A stretch of DNA of 64,000 bases from Anthoceros angustus. Lineage: Eukaryota > Plantae > Anthocerotophyta. The notes below the pieces were generated by a model, which was not told where the DNA came from, did no database searches, and saw only the letters and a list, made by a program, of their open reading frames with translations. The stretch is taken from assembly GCA_010909165.1 (NCBI GenBank), contig VJWM01000068.1:868001-932000 (forward strand). Reading direction: 5' to 3'. This document shows, one piece after another, positions 30,061 to 43,500 of this stretch. The first letter of the stretch is position 1, and every line of letters starts with the position of its first letter. The position numbers and the translations under genes were made by a program.

Positions 30061-32971
30061 TTTTAAAGCCAATGTCCTATATATCCATAGTAAACAATAA
30101 GTGGAATGAAGAAGTGGCCTGCCCTGCATTCTTTACACTTAGTGACCTTAGAAGCTACCTCTCCAATTGCCACTTTTAAAGCCAATGCCCTATGTCTCCA
30201 TAGTAAACCATAAGCGGATTGAAGAAGTGCCCTGCCTGCATTCTTTACACTTAGTGACCTTAGAAGCCACCTCTTCAGCTACCACTTTTATAGCCAATGC
30301 CCTATGTCTCCATAGTAAACAATAAGCGAAATGAAGAAGTGCCCTGCCTGCATTCTTTACACTTAATGACCTTAGCCACCTCTTCAGCTGCCACTTTTAA
30401 AGCCAATGCCCTATGTCTCCATAGTCAACAATAAGCGGAATGAAGAAGTGGCCTGCCTGCATTCTTTACACTTAGTGACCTTAGAAGCCACCTCTTCAGC
30501 TGCCACTTTTAAAGCCAATGCCCTATGTCTCCATAGTAAACAATAAGCGGAATGAAGAAGTGCCCTGCCTGCATTCTTTACACTTAGTGACCGTAGAAGC
30601 CACCTCTTCAGCTGCCACTTTTATAGCCAATGCCCTTTTAAAGCCAATGCCCTATGTCCATAGTAAACAATAAGCGGAATGAAGAAGTGCCCTGCCTGCA
30701 TTCTTTACACTTAGTGACCGTAGAAGCCACCTCTTCAGCTGCCACTTTTATAGCCAATGCCCTATGTCTCCAGAGTAAACAATAAGCGGAATGAAGAAGT
30801 GCCCTGCCTGCATTCTCTACACTTAATGACCTTAGAAAGTGCCCTGCCTGCATTCTCTACACTTAATGACCTTAGAAGCCACCTCTTCAGCCGCCACTTT
30901 TAAAGCCAATGCCCTATATCTCCATAGTAAACAATAAGCGGAATGAAGAAGTGGCCTGCCTGCATTCTTTACAATTAGTGACCTTAGCCACCTCTTCAGC
31001 TGCCACTTTTAAAGCCAATGCCCTATGTCTCCATAGTCAACAATAAGCGGAATGAAGAAGTGGCCTGCCTGCATTCTTTACACTTAGTGACCTTAGAAGC
31101 CACCTCTTCAGCTGCCACTTTTAAAGCCAATGCCCTATGTCTCCATAGTAAACAATAAGCGGAATGAAGAAGTGCCCTGCCTGCATTCTTTACACTTAGT
31201 GACCGTAGCCACCTCTTCAGCTGCCACTTTTATAGCCAATGCCCTTTTAAAGCCAATGCCCTATGTCCATAGTAAACAATAAGCGGAATGAAGAAGTGCC
31301 CTGCCTGCATTCTTTACACTTAGTGACCGTAAGCCACCTCTTCAGCTGCCACTTTTATAGCCAATGCCCTATGTCTCCAGAGTAAACAATAAGCGGAATG
31401 AAGAAGTGCCCTGCATTCTCTACACTTAATGACCTTAGAAAGTGCCCTGCCTGCTACACTTAATGACCTTAGAAGCCACCTCTTCAGCCGCCACTTTTAA
31501 AGCCAATGCCCTATATCTCCATAGTAAACAATAAGCGGAATGAAGAAGTGGCCTGCCTGCATTCTTTACAATTAGTGACCTTAGAAGCCACCTCTTCAGC
31601 TGCCACTTTTAAAGCCAATGCCCTATGTCTCCAGAGTAAACAAGCGGAATGAAGAAGTGCCCTGCCTGCATTCTTTACACTTAGTGACCTTAGAAGCCAC
31701 CTTCAGCTGCCACTTTTAAAGCCAATGCCCTATGTCTCCATAGTCAACAATAAGCGGAATGAAGAAGTGGCCTATCTGCATTCTTTACACTTAGTGACCT
31801 TAGAAGCCACCTCTTCAGCTACCACTTTTATAGCCAATGCCCTATGTCTCCATAGTAAACAATAAGCGAAATGAAGAAGTGCCCTGCCTGCATTCTTTAC
31901 ACTTAATGACCTTAGAAGCCACCTCTTCAGCTGCCACTTTTAAAGCCAATGCCCTATGTCTCCATAGTCAACAATAAGCGGAATGAAGAAGTGGCCTGCC
32001 TGCATTCTTTACACTTAGTGACCTTAGAAGCCACCTCTTCAGCTGCCACTTTTAAAGCCAATGCCCTATGTCTCCATAGTAAACAATAAGCGGAATGAAG
32101 AAGTGCCCTGCCTGCATTCTTTACACTTAGTGACCGTAGCCACCTCTTCAGCTGCCACTTTTATAGCCAATGCCCTTTTAAAGCCAATGCCCTATGTCCA
32201 TAGTAAACAATAAGCGGAATGAAGAAGTGCCCTGCCTGCATTCTTTACACTTAGTGACCGTAAGCCACCTCTTCAGCTGCCACTTTTATAGCCAATGCCC
32301 TATGTCTCCAGAGTAAACAATAAGCGGAATGAAGAAGTGCCCTGCATTCTCTACACTTAATGACCTTAGAAAGTGCCCTGCCTGCTACACTTAATGACCT
32401 TAGAAGCCACCTCTTCAGCCGCCACTTTTAAAGCCAATGCCCTATATCTCCATAGTAAACAATAAGCGGAATGAAGAAGTGGCCTGCCTGCATTCTTTAC
32501 AATTAGTGACCTTAGAAGCCACCTCTTCAGCTGCCACTTTTAAAGCCAATGCCCTATGTCTCCAGAGTAAACAAGCGGAATGAAGAAGTGCCCTGCCTGC
32601 ATTCTTTACACTTAGTGACCTTAGAAGCCACCTCTTCAGCTGCCACTTTTAAAGCCAATGCCCTATGTCTCCATAGTCAACAATAAGCGGAATGAAGAAG
32701 TGGCCTATCTGCATTCTCTACACTTAGTGACCTTAGAAGCCACCTCTTCAGCTGCCACTTTTATAGCCAATGCCCTATGTCTCGAGAGTAAACAATAAGC
32801 GGAATGAAGAAGTGGCCTGCCTGCATTCTTTACACTTAGTGACCTTAGAAGCCACCTCAATAAGCGGAATTTAGTGACCTTAGAAGCCACCTCAATAAGC
32901 GGAATGAAGAGGTGGCCTGACTTGATTCTTTAGACTTAGTGACCTTAGAAGCCATCTCTTCAGCTGCCACT
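30061..32971. repeat. Tandem satellite, 112-bp monomer, ~26 copies, with higher-order structure
   Basis: Consensus ttttaaagccaatgccctatgtctccatagtaaacaataagcggaatgaagaagtgccctgcctgcattctttacacttagtgaccttagaagccacctcttcagctgccac; first unit starts at 30061, 30174, 30286. Confidence 0.97.
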
Positions 32972-32999
32972 AATTATCGTGATGTACGAATGGTGTGTC

Positions 33000-33153
33000 G
33001 CACAACCTGTTTACTTATTTAACTATAGTTCTCATCTATCATCATCATGACACACATTCAACACAAGCATGCAAAAGCACAACCTGCTTACTTATTTAAC
33101 TATAGTTCTCATCTATCATCATCATGACACACATTCAACACAAGCATGCAAAA
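33000..33153. repeat. 77-bp tandem duplication (2 copies, 1 mismatch)
   Basis: gcacaacctg(t/c)ttacttatttaac...acacaagcatgcaaaa at 33000 and 33077. Confidence 0.9.
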
Positions 33154-34448
33154 CACATGTTGTCCTTCATGACTGTAGGCACATTAAGAAGGAGCTTTCA
33201 GTCACACTACATACATCCCACACCCTCACTTTTTTTTTTCTTTTTGGTGTAACCAAATTTCATATTAAGGGAAAAAAATCTACGATAACACGCTTCACCA
33301 CATCAATACTTCAACCTCAAAAACTTCTCAAGCTTAGCTCCCGATGCACATACGTTGCGCAGTCTTTCAAACACACACATTTTATTGGACTCTCACGAGT
33401 ATACAAGGTTACGGTTGATTAGCGTCATGTTGTGCTAGGTTTTGATCTTGGGCTGGGTTGTCTTCCTCTGTCGTTCTCGCGTACACCAGGTTGCTCTCAC
33501 CAGCCAACGTCCGTTGGCCTCGTCGTTCGACAATTCCAAGCCTGATGTTGCGCTTCCTTCATTTCGGCTATTTCCAATGGATTTATCTATCTCTGAATTT
33601 CGAGAAAATGCTAATTTGATTTAACTACTTAATTAATATTTATCAACAGCACGCATCCACGCATGAGAAGATAGAACGCAAGACAGGCCTCTTCATGAAG
33701 ATGCTTGGGAAGCCTACAAAATATATGGAGGCATGGGAACGAGTCTCCAACATCCTCATAGTGTGATCTAGCTGAGTTTGCATCCATTCCCATGTGATAA
33801 TTTCTAATTGCATTGTGATGAGGTATTTGTGAAGCAAAGCTGGTGAAGGACACTAGACATACTTGGGCCTCTAATGTAGTTTGATCGAAATCCTTATGCC
33901 ATCTTCCCCAAGTGAGATTTCACCCCTCTAATTCCATTGAATACTTTGGCACAAACCGAACAAAGGTCTCCTTTGCACTCGCGGAAGGGGGGGCTCCATT
34001 CTAGTTCACAAGTAGATCGACTAGGATAACAAGTTCAGGTTAGATGGTCACGCTCGGCTCCCATGATTGAAACCTAGCAACATAAATAAGATGAGCTACA
34101 ACTTGAAAGGTTGGATGAGGCACAACTTGAGAGTAGGGCACTTGGATAAGCCATAGCTTGAGCTTGAGAGCCACTAAGTAGCTACATTGAGCAGCTAGCC
34201 CTAAAGGTGCAATAAGTTAACACCCAACATGAACATACCCTAATCCCGATTGTGATCCGCTCCTAGGGCTGTGGAGTGAGGAGTGAGCAACCACCTCTCT
34301 AGGTGGAAAAGGTAAACAAACATGCCCCCATCCCAACAGAAATCCCCTCTATCCTTCTTCTATCTTCTGTGTTTCCATGTACAAATGGATGTCACGATTC
34401 CGATTCTGATTCCGATTCCGATGTGTATACACGCATATTAATGTATGG

Positions 34449-34532
34449 TTATGAGACGCGGGGGAAAGTTATGAGACGCGGGGGGAAGTTATGACACTGC
34501 GGGGAAAGTTAAGGGGGAAAGTTATGACACGC
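34449..34532 (+). repeat. ~20-bp G-rich minisatellite
   Basis: ttatgagacgcgggggaaag and variants, 4-5 copies; preceded by a (gattcc)n hexamer run at ~34396-34422. Confidence 0.8.
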
Positions 34533-37524
34533 GGATGTATGACATTACTGTACATATGGTTGAAATGACACACCAAATCTGAATGTTTGTCGGTTGGAAG
34601 TTTGCATGGAAGCAAAACTTCCAGGTCAGGCTAAGCATGGCAGGGCTTTACAGGTGAATGCAACGAATATGTGTGTGATGGCAGCGTTGAAGGAGGAGGG
34701 TACCATGAATATCCTCCTCCGTGATGTATGCTGGCTCCCTGGCCGCAGACTGGGTGTTGCAAATTATGGAGGCCATCTGGTTCCAAACTTGGAGCATCAT
34801 GGACATGGCAGGAAGGAAGGAAGGTGATTGGATGTCGGAGTTGTGTGAAACTGCCGAAGGTGAGCGGCAATGGCATTGAGAAGAGTCGCGTGGCACACGA
34901 TCTCTGTCCCTCCCAGGTGCGGTGCACGGTGCGCCGTGCGCCGGAGCTGGCCAGGGCTTTGCGAGGCCTAACTCGGGGTGGGCGGCCGGGGCCCGAGCAG
35001 GGTGTACGAACGCGGGGAGGCCGAGCGTCGGCGCTGAGCTTGTGCGGCGGCATAATTTCGGACCCGGGCACGCTTCGAGCACGCAGTGGGTTGTGGCCAC
35101 ATGAAGAACATTGCTCACTAGAAGCAGCTCAGTCACATGGAAGAAGTAGGTTAGTCACAGGAGGCTCCTATCGCAGGGCGGCCACGACCGGGGCGCAGCT
35201 GATGAGCAGGACACGTTGAATCCGTGACGTCGGTGGCCGCCTTGACGTTAGCAGCCCCGCACATGGAGGTTGCGAGCGTGGCGAGAGCGAGCGGGTTGGG
35301 GAGAAAATTTCCTCAGGAGCTGGAGCCAGTGAAGCGGGGGATCCCGGAAATGAGGGTTCGGCTGTTGCCGTGGCTGTGTGTGGCTGGGGCCCGGCCGGTG
35401 CTGGCCTGCTGGCCTGGAGGAGCTGCATTTTTGGAGGTGGAACTGGTATGCGTGTTGGCTTTTGGAAGGCGGGAATGGGATCTCAAAATTTCACCACTGG
35501 ACTGGGTGTGCAGTGATGAGAGGTGCGGAGCGGTCAGTCGTGTTCCCACAGAACATTGATTGTGTTGGGAGTGGGTGCCGGTGGCGCCGCTTTTGTAACT
35601 CAGCTTTTGGCCAGCTGTGGCCTGGTTATCAGGAGCCAGTCTCGGAGGAAAGAGCGGGCAACACTCCAAGAGGGATGCCATACTCAAGTCCGAAGTTGAA
35701 CTGGTACTTGACAGGCCTCGCCGGGAATGGCATCAATGGCGGGGGGCCAGGATCGAGCTCGTGGCAGGATCCCAGGACCCAGCATGCGGCCGGACGCCCA
35801 CCTCCACTGCACTTGCCCAACTTCTCGTACATGTCGTGTTGAGTGTAGTCAAACACACAACACACTGGACTGCACACAATCAAGCACTCCATGTCTGGTT
35901 TTGTGGGTCGTGGTGTTTGTCCCTTTTGCATCGTCCAGTCGTGCGTTGCCTTGCGGGTCCTGCAAACGCACACCTTGCTTGCACTTGCACTTGTAGCACA
36001 GCACAGCACAAACCCTGCAGTTGTGAGTAACTTGTGCTCGAGCGGGTCCATGCTGCTCGGCTCAGGTCTGCGTGTGACATGCATGGCACATGACATGACA
36101 GCACTCCGCCCCACCCTCCAGTGCTCGTGTTGTTGCCCGCCATGTCGTTTATGCAATGTTGGAATGGGCTGTTATGCTAGACTGTGTCGACATACGCACA
36201 GGAGCTGTGGTCGCCTGTCGTCTCCCTCTCTTTTCTGCTGCTGCCACCATTCCCATTTTGTCAGACAGCGGGCCCGCAGCCCACAGCGGCCGGGCGCACC
36301 GCTTCTTTCCCTTTTAAAGATGGTACCCAAAATGCGCAGTCTGCATAACGTGCTCCATCTGCTGACAGGCCCTGGAGCCCGGGCGACCGGGCCCTCCTGG
36401 AGGCTGGAACTTGCGGTGCAACCGGGCCTGGAGGAAGCGAACGCAATCCCATTGCCCTACAGTGCGTCACAGTATGCATCCTGTACTGGATTCACTGTTG
36501 GACACACTTGGTGCATTCTTACATGGCGTTACAAACCACAGTGCATGCAAGGGCAGGGAAGGGAGTCTCGTCTCGAGCTCCGCGAGTCCATGGAAGTCCA
36601 ATACGACCCGGCCCGCAGTACTAGGGTGTTGTCAGGAAGCTCCCCAGCTCCATTCCCACCCCTTGTCGTGTGCTGCTGCTTTAGCCCGGCTGCGGGTGCA
36701 GGGAAGCCGCAGGCCAGAGCGTGAGCGTGCACTGCGGTTCCACTTCGGATGCGGACTCGGCACTCAAGTGGGTCCTCCGATTTTGGAACTGGCCCACAAG
36801 CCGGAGGCGGAGCAGGAGCAGGAGCAGGAGCCGGAGCCGGAGCCGGAGCCGGACTTTTCTCTCCCACTCTCGGTTGGCTGAAAAAAGCCACGGTGCCCAG
36901 CCTCACACGTCTCCTCCGCCCGCACCGTCGAATCAAGGATTCTAAGAATGTAATGGCATCTTCTCGCTCTGGTGGGCAGGATGGAAGAGAAGTAGAAGTG
37001 GAAGAGGATGGGGATCTGTTAGCTGTGATGGAGGGGGAGGGGAATTTGTTCCTGGTGGTTTCCTGCTTGTTGCTTGTTTCATTGTTTGTCAAGAATCAGG
37101 TGTTGGGTGCACTTGGATGCATCGTGCGGACTCGGATGCTCCTCACATGCCAGGAGAGATCCGACGCCGCCCAATTCATATCTGGTGGGCCACCGGGGCG
37201 CCCACTTTGCTCTGGTGACGACTTGGGCTCGTCACATAGATCACGATGCGACTTCGAAGCTTCCTGTAACCTGCTCCTCCTGGCCAGACACACAACAAAC
37301 ACGAACACCACATACGTACGAGCATAAATGCTTTTCGAGGGAGCAAGGGAGATCCAAACCAATCTCCCAGGTGTCATGACAATCTGGGCGGGTATGCCCA
37401 AAATAACACTATATACTAGGTAGGTACTGTTGCTCCTCCATCGCGACTTGCATCGCCACAGGAGTGAATAATGGTAAGATAATAGTATGGTATCGCAAAA
37501 CTGCAACGGAACTTTCTTCTCTCT

Positions 37525-40500
37525 TCAGTTGTGAGATTCCAGAACCTGTTTCAGCCGCTCCACGAGCTGGGCCCTCCTCGATCCCTCCAGCTGCCATGCC
37601 ACCGACGAGATTCAGTTCGCATTACTGGCAACCGGGGCTTGTATTGGGTGCCGTAACAGGAAACGAGGCAAGGAAACAAGGACACTAGGCAAGGAAACCA
37701 AAGAAACAAGAGAAGAAACGAAACGAGGCAAGCAAACAGCATCCTACCGTGTGCAGGAGGGCATCCAAGCCTCGGGGCAGAGCTGACAAGTCTGAGTTGC
37801 TCCATGAGCTCATCTCCTTCGACAGCCGGTCGGCTCGTAGTGCTTGCAATTGCTCTGCCAGAGGCTGCCCATTATTGCACCATTCCAAGAACACGGCGTC
37901 CTTGCTCCATGGATCGTCTCCAGGGCCGCTGCATGGGAGCTGAGAAGCAAGGAACCACTCCTTTATCCATTCCAATGCCTGGTTGTCGGAGCAAGAATTT
38001 CCAGCTGCGCCTTTCACATCCTGGATCACTGATTCCTCTGCTAGCCTCCGTTTCAGCCTCTTGTAGAAGAAGTTGCGGGATTCCTCCCAAGGGACTACCT
38101 GCTTGATTACCTGCTTGGCAGCCATACGATAAGAGGTGTCGTGTAGCTCGGCGAACCGAATCGCCACTTGCTTGTAGTACGGAAGGAGGTGCTTCTCCCT
38201 CGCTTTTATTTGCTGCTGCAATTCAGCCGAGCCAGTAGAAGGGCTGCTTGCAAGCTGCTGCTTCAGACTAGCCAGCTGTGGGTCAAGGCGGTGCATGCAT
38301 TCCACAAGTTCCCGAGGACGGAACTTGATCTCTATCATGCCTTCAGGCTCCAGGACTCCACCCTTGGCTGTCGTGTCGGCGTACAGTTCCACCTTATCAG
38401 GGTTGATTTTGCTGTCCACCACAACCCAGGCTCCTCCTCGAAGTTCTCCCGTCTTGGGAATGTACACAAACACCGGTCGCTTGTAGGTTCTCAGGTGTTC
38501 CACTATCAGGGAGCCAGCCTGAAGGATTCCTTCAAAAAGATCTCTTTGCCCGCCAGAGAACCCCCTCCAGTTAGCCAAAATAAACAACGGAATGCCCTCC
38601 TTGTTAAAATCCAGCAGAGCTTGAGCAGTCTTTGCAGCAGAATCGGGGAACCAAACCTGTCCTGCCTGTGGCACCACTCTTTCATGGGAGTCCAGTTGCC
38701 CAGGATCAGCAGGTATTACCTGCATCACTGTCTGTGTTTCCACAGCAACCACGCCGACAGGAATACCCCCCAGCCGCGCACGCCCAGTCACCACAGTTTG
38801 TGCCCATCCTTCCAGAGTCTCCGTGAAGCTTCCTTTGTCAAATATCCCTCCCAGCCAGCTTTCGCTGCCCTGGACACCTTTGATGGCAGCTCGTGGATCA
38901 CAGGCGGTCTCTGGTATATACTGAACCAACCTCTCTGGAGGGTCTCCCAGATCTAGCACCGGCAGCCTCCCTTCTTGAACGGACGGAACGTAGCTAAGCC
39001 ACCTTAAGATTGCAGAAACCCCTTCTAGATCGTCTGTAACTGTGAGATGTACCACACCATTCTGAGCCATTACTTTTGGCCCACCCAACTGCATGTGAGA
39101 ACTGTAAACCTCTCTACCCAGAAGCTTATTCAGTGCTGAAAAGCCTGTGAGGATGATAGGCTGATCCACCCTTTGAATGCAGCGCATGCCTAACCTGGAA
39201 AGGTAAGCACCGATACCGACTGTTCTTCCAGTGACGTAGGTCAGAGTGAACGTTTCCTGATAAACCTTCGAAAATGCACCAGCGATTGCACCACTACCTG
39301 ACAGATTCTCTACCCCTAGCCCGTCCTCCTTCCCGACAACATCATCAATCACCCACCGTATCTCCCCAGACGGCAGAATCACTTCATGAGCATTCACGGA
39401 ATCTTGGATACGTCCATAATCCTCCGGAGTTAGGTACAGGTACTGCAAGCCACGCTCAGGAGCATCTTCTAACCATCCCACTTTGAATGTGGACCTCACT
39501 TCCTCTGCTAACCCAATCCTTGCTCCAGAGTTGGCTGCAAGATAGATTAGTGGCAACTTCTTTTCACAAGCAAGATCTGTTACTGCTTTGAAGAACTTAT
39601 CCTCCCTGGGTCCAAACGCGCCTGCACCGTACGCAACATCGTTTGCCACAACCAGGATGGTGCGCCCAGACGGATACTCACCAGTCCTGAGATGAAAGTA
39701 CCATGCGACCATCCCCACGTCATTTGTCGCAACAGGTCGCTCAACCTCAATCAGGGGTGTCCTCCAGTCTGCCTCCGAGTTTGAAAATACGAGTTCAGAG
39801 GTTCTCAGGAGAGACCCTTCACCCGCCTTCCCTGCAGCTTCCCACCACTGACGTAGAGCTGTCTCAAAAACCTGCAATCAGCATGCACAAATGATGATGA
39901 TTCGCTGTTCGGGCACGCCGGACCACAGCTCCAATGCTCGTGTGATTGTCAAAGTGCACTGGAGTGAGTACACATACCAATGGAAAGTCGTAGCAATATG
40001 TCGTGTTGTTTTTTCGTGCCAACAATCTCTTTCTGTCAATTGCATCCAAGGATTTGTACTTCGTCGTGAGCGGCTTCCCATGCAAGGAGCCCACACAGCT
40101 GTCCAGTGGCGAATAATATACCACAGCGTGTTGTGCTGGATCCAGTGCTTCTCGGTACACCTATGACATGAGGTACGGTACGGGCATCTCAGAATCACAA
40201 GAACACAAGCATATAAAGATGCAAAACAGCGAAACTGAACCAACAAACTAGACATTCATTGAAACCTGGACAGTGCATGTGTGGCCTGTTGGGTTGAACA
40301 CGACAATACGCCAAGCCCCACTAGCTGAGCCAACATTCTTGATATGCAGACGAAGCTCCCAAATCGCAACAGCAAGACGGTACATGCGGGCACCTAGTCT
40401 GCCGTAGATGTTTTCTGCCAAGCGTTGAAGGCTGCTAGCAATCACCTGTGGATCGCTTCCTGAACTGGTCGCCGAAAGACTATTGCTGCAAAAGCCATCC

Positions 40501-43500
40501 ACTGGTCGAGTTTATTCACATGATACTGGCTACCCTCATTGATATTCACTGGTCAACATCAGCTTGCCAAAAAGCGCATAGGAGTACAATATAAGTTACC
40601 TTGCGTCTCCTCCGATGCTCTCCAGGCTCTGTGCTCTCAGAACACTAAGGAACATGTGGACATAATCTGCCTTGGCATTCGAATCATGAGCTGCCAATTC
40701 TAATTCTTCCAATGCTCCCTGTAGAGCCTTGATCACACTTCTGGAAACTGGAGATGTGTCCCCGTCAGCTTCCACATCTTCACCGTACATGCTGGCAGAC
40801 CGAGGCTGCCTCACAAATGTGCGAAGAAATACACGTCGAATGTTGCCAGGCTTGTCCACTGTAGAGTACATGTGCCACTGCCGATCCCTGGACGGAGCAT
40901 ATAGCAAGGAAGTAAAACCCTTCAGCTTTTCCTGCACACGAGAACGGAGCACAGTCAGGCACGAAGAAGCCTGCCCCCTTGGTATGAAGCCGCACTGGAG
41001 GATTAGTACCAGCTCTAGCAGTCTCGACAAGGGTGGTTCCACATGTCGCAGAAGAGGCTCTTCTGTGAAGTGTTGACGGTCTGTGGACCAGTGGAAGCAA
41101 TGACGTGTAGGAGGCCTACCCTCATCCCTCTGAATAACGCAGCTTATCACGCCAACCCCAGCTTTGTGCAACATCGGGCCTAAGCTCTCGCCTTTCAGAG
41201 CTTTACCAAGCTTTTCCACTCGCTCTTGGGCTTGATCTTCATCTCCGCTGCATGCATGTTGCACGTTGTCACCAGATGCCACATTGCCAAAGCAGTATAT
41301 GATTTCGAAGAATAATGACCTGCCAGGACCAGACCCCAACTTATACTACTAACCTGTCTTGAAGCGCACTCATTTGGTTCTTGATGCCGACAAGCGCCAC
41401 ATGCAAGACGTTGCCAAAGTTGGCAAATGTTTTCTCATCGTTGGATACTGACCCCTTGGTCAAAAGGTCCCCGGTTTCATGAAGAGCAGCACCGACAGCA
41501 CTTGGCAGGAAATGCAGAGAGGAGAGAATGACCATGGCTCCCCACCGCTTCACACCAGGATTGTCAGTGGCTGACGATCCTAGAGACCCACTCAGCATCT
41601 CAGTAGTCCTTGGAGGGGTTCCCTCCGAGAATTGCCAAGAAGCTATCAAGCCAGACCGATTCCACTGCATTCTGACTGATCCCGTCACCAGACGTGGCTG
41701 CAACAGAGACACAATGACGTCAGCTGGTCCTGAACTTGCAGCAACTTAACCATCCAACAGTGCCATCTCTGTTCTGCAACAATGCAGCGACTGAAGGTCA
41801 GTCATTGACATCATTGTACCATGTAAAAACAAAGACTTCCCCATTCTGAATTTGGCATCAGCCATCTGAGATCATCGCCATGGAGACAAATCGTCAAACA
41901 AGTTATACACATAGACATCACCGTACCTGATAGAGTCGACGAACATAGGTTTCAACAACACGCCTCTGTAAGGTGTGGTCACTGTGGTCGAATAATGCAA
42001 TCAGAGCATCCTCAACAGCCAAAGGTGCATCTACCAAATCATCCATTCTGTCATCAATAGCACTCCTTCTGCGGCCATGGGCTCCATCTCCAGCGTCTTC
42101 TGTGAACATTTCAAGCTGTGATAAACTTCTGGCAATGTTTGCTCTTAATTCACTTAGCTTCGTGTGTTCTAACAACTGGCGAGCCCTCAGTGCAATCTGA
42201 AGATAGTCAACAGTTAGTTTTGAACAGGACGAGATAAAATAATAACTCCATACTGCCCCCTACCGACTCAACATTGAAGGGAACTAGTACCTCAGCGTGA
42301 TTCGTGTGGCTCAACCTCGAAAATCTGATAAGCTGCTCCCGATATGCTGCAGGATTAGGGTACACGAGAGCCCCCATCAGCTGTAATATCAACTTATTTT
42401 TCCTCTTTACTCCCTGCAGAAAATTGACCCTCCTTCAGCCTGATTCCATCCTTTCAATAATTGCGAAACAAGGGTAATGATGTAGAAGCTACCTGATGCG
42501 AGAGTACAACATCCACGACCCTTGAAAGGTCCTTCTTGTGTTGAAGTCTCAGCATCTCTATGACATCAGCCTGCATCACAGCATCCAAGAGATGACGTGC
42601 AAATGCTGGTGAGCAAACTCATGTCACCACAAGCTGATACGGGTCTTGATGTTGTATCGTGCTGCATAGTGGCTGGGCTAGGCAACATACAAAGAGAGCA
42701 AACATGCAATCACAGGCATCCTTATAGAAGGTCATCCATGAAGGCACCTGCAGATTCTCACTGAAGAGCTCTTCCACAACGAGATAGTCGTGGAACAAAG
42801 AATGAACGATGCTGCAGGCATGACCTTCACGCCCATGTTCATATGACTTAGCCAGGGCCAGTAGAGGCTCAACTAGCCTCTGCTGAGGTGCTCTATCCTT
42901 GTCTGAAAATGTCCCCAGAAATGTCTGCACAACGAACTCCAAAATAAAGACCAGACTCGTCTGCAGATCCACTGCTCCAATGAAATTTACTGTTTCTGCA
43001 AATACCTCTAGCACAGCTCCAAGAGCCTTTGCAGGAAACTCAGCAGCTCCTCCATTTCCAGAGAACAAAACTTCATACTCCCTGAACTTGGTGTCTAGCT
43101 GAAGAGTTCAATGAATTTGCACACTACATCATCTGCTAATGTATCTGACCTAGCATACACAGTGCAGCTAACCATGAGAAGAGTTTCAGAGCAGATAAAC
43201 GAAACCGTGCCTGGTTTTTCAGTTCCTTGGACAGACGAGTAGCCAAGACAGCCATGCACTCCTGCCACTGTAACAAAGGCAGTTGGGGATCGTCCAGACA
43301 GCTGAGCAGTGTTTGAACAACCTGTTAACAACCGTTTGCGATGCAGAATCAGCATTTCTCAAATCAAGAGGATTAAGTCCACAACACACTAGACATAGAA
43401 TGCAATCACAGCAGATAAGATTACCTCCTCTATGTTATGCTCGTACCCGGCTAGAACCATTTTTGCAGCATTAACACTTGCTGCATACCGATGGTGTACC

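Noticed and set aside
30140-30165. TGACCTT in each monomer as an NLP-binding NRE (autoregulatory array)
   Set aside because: Only an imperfect half-site; the TGACCCTT-N10-AAG spacing is not met.
30061-32971. Satellite as a CRISPR array, 5S rDNA array or coding repeat
   Set aside because: No unique spacers; no resemblance to 5S rRNA; the 112-bp unit is not a multiple of 3 and the frames hit stops. The CRQG...LLF resemblance to LINE RT motif B is too short, with wrong spacing.
33400-34300. Possible decayed transposon or gene fragment
   Set aside because: Short ORFs without identifiable motifs, TIRs or LTR ends; cannot be supported.
34727-34748. miR160-like sequence (tgctggctccctgg)
   Set aside because: One indel plus a mismatched 3' third, and no complementary star arm found nearby.
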